This document shows, piece after piece, positions 61,139-64,000 of a DNA stretch of 64,000 nucleotides. Below the pieces are notes generated by a model. It worked only from the letters and a program-made list of their open reading frames with translations. It ran no database searches and was not told where the DNA came from. Origin of the DNA: Candidatus Stramentimicrobium fermentans. Lineage in GTDB: Bacteria > Atribacterota > Phoenicimicrobiia > Phoenicimicrobiales > Stramentimicrobiaceae. The position numbers were made by a program, and so were the translations under genes. Numbering within the stretch: the first letter of the stretch is position 1; the number at the start of each line of letters is the position of its first letter. Location of the stretch: assembly GCA_012520575.1 (NCBI GenBank), contig JAAYOB010000018.1, positions 1,505 through 65,504 on the forward strand, written 5' to 3'.

Positions 61139-61984
61139 ATGAGAAAAATTGATGCTATAGAAATTTCAGACAAAGTGAAGAGCCTGTTTTTGGAAGCAAA
61201 TTTTAATATAGGGGAGGATGTTCTGGAGGCATTAGAAAAAGCCTTAAAAGCAGAAACATCTAAAGTGGGACAAGACGCTTTAAAGATGATTATTGAAAAT
61301 AACCGCTTAGCCTCTTCTGAAGAGTTGGCAATATGCCAGGACACCGGACTGGCAGTACTGTTTGTAGAGTTAGGTCAGGAGGTCTGTGTAGTTAATGGCG
61401 ACTTTACTGAAGCAATTAATGAAGGTGTTAAAGCAGCTTATAAGGATGGCTATTTAAGAAAATCGGTAGTAGATGATCCGGTATTTGATAGGAAGAATAC
61501 TACCACCAACACCCCAGCCTTTATCTACACCGACATTGTTCCTGGTGACAAGATTAAGATAACAGCCCTACCTAAAGGTTTTGGCAGTGAGAATATGAGT
61601 GCTTTAGCAATGCTCACCGCAGCTCATGGCGCTAAAGGAATAGTTGATTTCATCGTCGATACTGTTAGAAAAGCAGGTCCTAACCCTTGTCCTCCTACCG
61701 TAGTGGGAGTTGGTATTGGCGGAACAGCCGACAAAGCTATGGTAATAGCCAAAAAGGCAACAGCCCGTTCTATTGGTGAGTATAATGCTAATCCTAAGTA
61801 TGCTCAGATGGAAAAGGAAGCCCTAGAAAGAATTAATAAATTGGGTATAGGTCCAGCTGGTTTAGGCGGTAATACTACATCTTTAGCAGTGCATATTAAT
61901 TATCTGCCTACCCACATTGCCGGTATGCCGGTTGCGGTTAATGTCTGTTGTCATGCTGCACGTCATGCCTATGGAGAAATTTAA
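61139..61984 (+). CDS. Fe-S fumarate hydratase (class I, two-subunit) alpha subunit
   Basis: ICQDTG, GYLRKSVV, PKGFGSEN, AGPNPCPP, PTHIAG.P and CCHAARH. Confidence 0.93.
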   Translation: MRKIDAIEISDKVKSLFLEANFNIGEDVLEALEKALKAETSKVGQDALKMIIENNRLASSEELAICQDTGLAVLFVELGQEVCVVNGDFTEAINEGVKAAYKDGYLRKSVVDDPVFDRKNTTTNTPAFIYTDIVPGDKIKITALPKGFGSENMSALAMLTAAHGAKGIVDFIVDTVRKAGPNPCPPTVVGVGIGGTADKAMVIAKKATARSIGEYNANPKYAQMEKEALERINKLGIGPAGLGGNTTSLAVHINYLPTHIAGMPVAVNVCCHAARHAYGEI

Positions 61985-62019
61985 TTTATTAAATACTTGA
62001 TGGAAGGAGTTTTAGAATA

Positions 62020-62577
62020 ATGAGCCAAGAGATTAAAATCACTACCCCGCTGGATGAATCTGCGGTATTAAAGTTAAAAGCCGGTGATTCAGTGAAGATA
62101 ACCGGTTATATCTATACCGGAAGAGATGCTGCCCACAAAAGACTCTTTGAATTAATTAAAGAGGGAAAAGAACTACCAATTACCTTAGAAGGGCAGATAA
62201 TCTACTATGTAGGTCCTGCACCGGCCAAGCCGGACTATGCCTGTGGACCTGCCGGTCCCACAACCAGTTACCGCATGGATTCCTATACCCCCTCTTTATT
62301 GGAGAAGGGGTTGAAAGGAATGATCGGAAAAGGACTAAGGTCCAAAGAAATAATTGATAGCATGAAAAAAAATAAGGCTGTTTATTTTGCAGCAATCGGT
62401 GGAGCTGCCGCCCTAATTTCCCGTACCATTAAAAAATCTGAGGTTATTGCCTACCCCGATTTGGGAGCAGAGGCTATTCATCGCTACTATGTTGAGGATT
62501 TCCCTGCCATTGTCTGTATTGATGCCTTCGGGAACGATCTTTATGAGACCGAACCCCCTAAATATAGAAAAGAATAA
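62020..62577 (+). CDS. Fe-S fumarate hydratase beta subunit
   Basis: YTGRDAAHKR, YYVGP, GPTTSYRMD, MIGKG and DLGAEAI. Confidence 0.93.
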   Translation: MSQEIKITTPLDESAVLKLKAGDSVKITGYIYTGRDAAHKRLFELIKEGKELPITLEGQIIYYVGPAPAKPDYACGPAGPTTSYRMDSYTPSLLEKGLKGMIGKGLRSKEIIDSMKKNKAVYFAAIGGAAALISRTIKKSEVIAYPDLGAEAIHRYYVEDFPAIVCIDAFGNDLYETEPPKYRKE

Positions 62578-62616
62578 TAAAAATATTAAATATTATATTA
62601 AAGAAGGAGGCAAATT

Positions 62617-63792
62617 ATGAATATCAATGAAAAAGCCCTGAAACTGCACAGTGAAAACAGAGGTAAGATAGAGGTAGTAAGTAAGACTGAAATCAAGGAC
62701 ATGCAGGATCTTGCTGTAGTCTATACCCCGGGAGTAGCTGAACCCTGCCGCAAAATCCATCAGAATAGAGATGATGTCTACACCTATACTACCAAAGGTA
62801 ATATGGTAGCTGTAGTATCTGATGGCACAGCAATACTGGGACTGGGTGATATAGGACCTGAAGCCGCTATTCCGGTTATGGAAGGAAAAGCCGTACTATT
62901 TAAGTATTTTGCCGGAGTAGATGCCTTTCCCATTTGTTTAGATACCAAGGATACCGAAGAGATAATAAAAGCCGTTACCCAGATTGCCCCGGTATTCGGC
63001 GGAATCAACTTAGAGGACATCAGTGCTCCCCGCTGTTTTGAAATAGAAAAGAGATTAAAGGAAACTCTTGATATCCCGGTCTTCCATGATGACCAGCATG
63101 GTACAGCAGTAGTAGTTCTCTCCGGGTTAATCAATGCCCTCAAAGTTGCTAAAAAGAAGATGGAAGAAGCAAAGATAGTGGTAAATGGTGCCGGTGCTGC
63201 CTCCATCGCTGTTACTAAATTTCTATTCTCTGCCGGTGCAGAGCATGTCATTCTCTGTGACTCCAAGGGTGCTATCTATGAGGGACGTAGTGAAAATATG
63301 AACTCAGCCAAAGAGGAGATGGCAAAAATTACTAACAAAGATTTACTGAAAGGAACTTTAGCCGATGCCTTAGTAGGTGCTGATGTGTTTATAGGATTAT
63401 CCGGTCCTAATTTGGTTACCAAAGAGATGGTAAAGACTATGGCGCATGATCCCATCATCTTTGCCATGGCTAACCCCATTCCGGAAATATTGCCTGATGA
63501 AGCCAAAGCCGGTGGTGCCCGTATCATCGCTACCGGCCGGTCTGACTTTCCCAACCAGGTGAACAACTGTCTCGGATTTCCAGCACTCTTTAAAGGTGCC
63601 CTGCAAGTGAGAGCATCTGAAATCAATGAAGAGATGAAATTAGCAGCAGCCCATGCCATTGCCTCCGTTATTCCGGATAGTGAATTAAGTGAGAATAACA
63701 TTATTCCCAATGTCTTTCATCCTGAGGTGATGAAGAAAGAGGCAGAAGCAGTAGCTCAGGCAGCACGTGATACCGGAGTAGCTAGAATATAA
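62617..63792 (+). CDS. NAD(P)-dependent malic enzyme
   Basis: YTPGVA, DGTAILGLG, MEGKA.LFK, NLEDI, FHDDQHGT, GAGAA and TGRSDFPNQVNN. Confidence 0.95.
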   Translation: MNINEKALKLHSENRGKIEVVSKTEIKDMQDLAVVYTPGVAEPCRKIHQNRDDVYTYTTKGNMVAVVSDGTAILGLGDIGPEAAIPVMEGKAVLFKYFAGVDAFPICLDTKDTEEIIKAVTQIAPVFGGINLEDISAPRCFEIEKRLKETLDIPVFHDDQHGTAVVVLSGLINALKVAKKKMEEAKIVVNGAGAASIAVTKFLFSAGAEHVILCDSKGAIYEGRSENMNSAKEEMAKITNKDLLKGTLADALVGADVFIGLSGPNLVTKEMVKTMAHDPIIFAMANPIPEILPDEAKAGGARIIATGRSDFPNQVNNCLGFPALFKGALQVRASEINEEMKLAAAHAIASVIPDSELSENNIIPNVFHPEVMKKEAEAVAQAARDTGVARI

Positions 63793-63815
63793 GGATACAG
63801 GTTTGAATCAACAAA

Positions 63816-63848
63816 TAATCCCCACCTTTAAGGGGAGGGTGGGGATTA
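63816..63848 (+). other. GC-rich hairpin between malic enzyme and aspA (weak terminator or mRNA-stabilising stem)
   Basis: TAATCCCCACC...GGTGGGGATTA with no immediate U-tract. Confidence 0.55.
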
Positions 63849-63967
63849 CAATCTGTTTTGGATTACTTAAACAGTCTTATTTTGGTATCCAGTCTAATTA
63901 ATATTACACTGCACGGATTGAGTTTCTAAAAATATAGAATTATAACAATAGAATTAAGGAGATAAAA

Positions 63968-64000
63968 ATGGCAAACTATCGTATTGAAGAAGATTTATTG
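63968..64000 (+). CDS. aspA: N-terminus of aspartate ammonia-lyase (or class II fumarase), partial
   Basis: AAGGAG RBS, then MANYRIEEDLL; RIEEDLLG is the typical AspA N-terminus; only 11 codons visible. Confidence 0.6.
   Translation, partial: MANYRIEEDLL

Noticed and set aside
2513..63710. Numerous short ORFs antisense to or nested in recognised genes (e.g. 3239-3487, 9628-10143, 49642-50034, 52575-53021, 62784-63266, 63276-63710)
   Set aside because: They are shadow frames of well-supported CDSs, with no motifs or RBS of their own
1..64000. CRISPR array, rRNA, prophage, intact integrase or transposase
   Set aside because: No regularly spaced direct repeats, rRNA-like sequence, phage genes or complete transposase ORF were seen by eye

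Overview
This is a 64 kb stretch of a low-GC bacterial chromosome, probably from an anaerobe; the gene style is reminiscent of Atribacterota/Firmicutes-like organisms, but taxonomy cannot be fixed from the sequence alone. Most of it is housekeeping and transport genes on the + strand. These include an AlaX-type editing enzyme, ccdA/thioredoxin, htrA with a sigma54 two-component system, coaX, guaB, folT, a Lol-like ABC exporter, ltaE, a DUF1538 pair with a PII-like gene, plsX, mntP, a PEGA-caspase, nfo, yhaM, tldD/pmbA, cobC-T-U-S, carbamate kinase-pyrB, a liv-type ABC transporter, a two-subunit fumarase, malic enzyme and the start of aspA; tRNA-Leu(CAG) lies on the minus strand. An AT-rich accessory island (~18.0-27.2 kb) carries a DapA-like aldolase, a TRAP transporter and a hydroxyacid dehydrogenase among IS, DpnII-type nuclease and LacI remnants. 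The most notable observations are: (1) a PyrR-attenuated operon reduced to carbamate kinase + aspartate carbamoyltransferase, flanked by remnants of pyrD and probably pyrF, upstream of fum/mae/aspA; (2) a perfect sigma54 promoter with phased enhancer-like sites driving htrA next to its likely cognate NtrC-type system; (3) a ~175-nt rod-like candidate ncRNA (6S-like); (4) strong CCGG enrichment in native DNA but not in the island. No CRISPR array, rRNA, prophage or intact transposase was seen. All family calls are by motif recognition; no database search was run.
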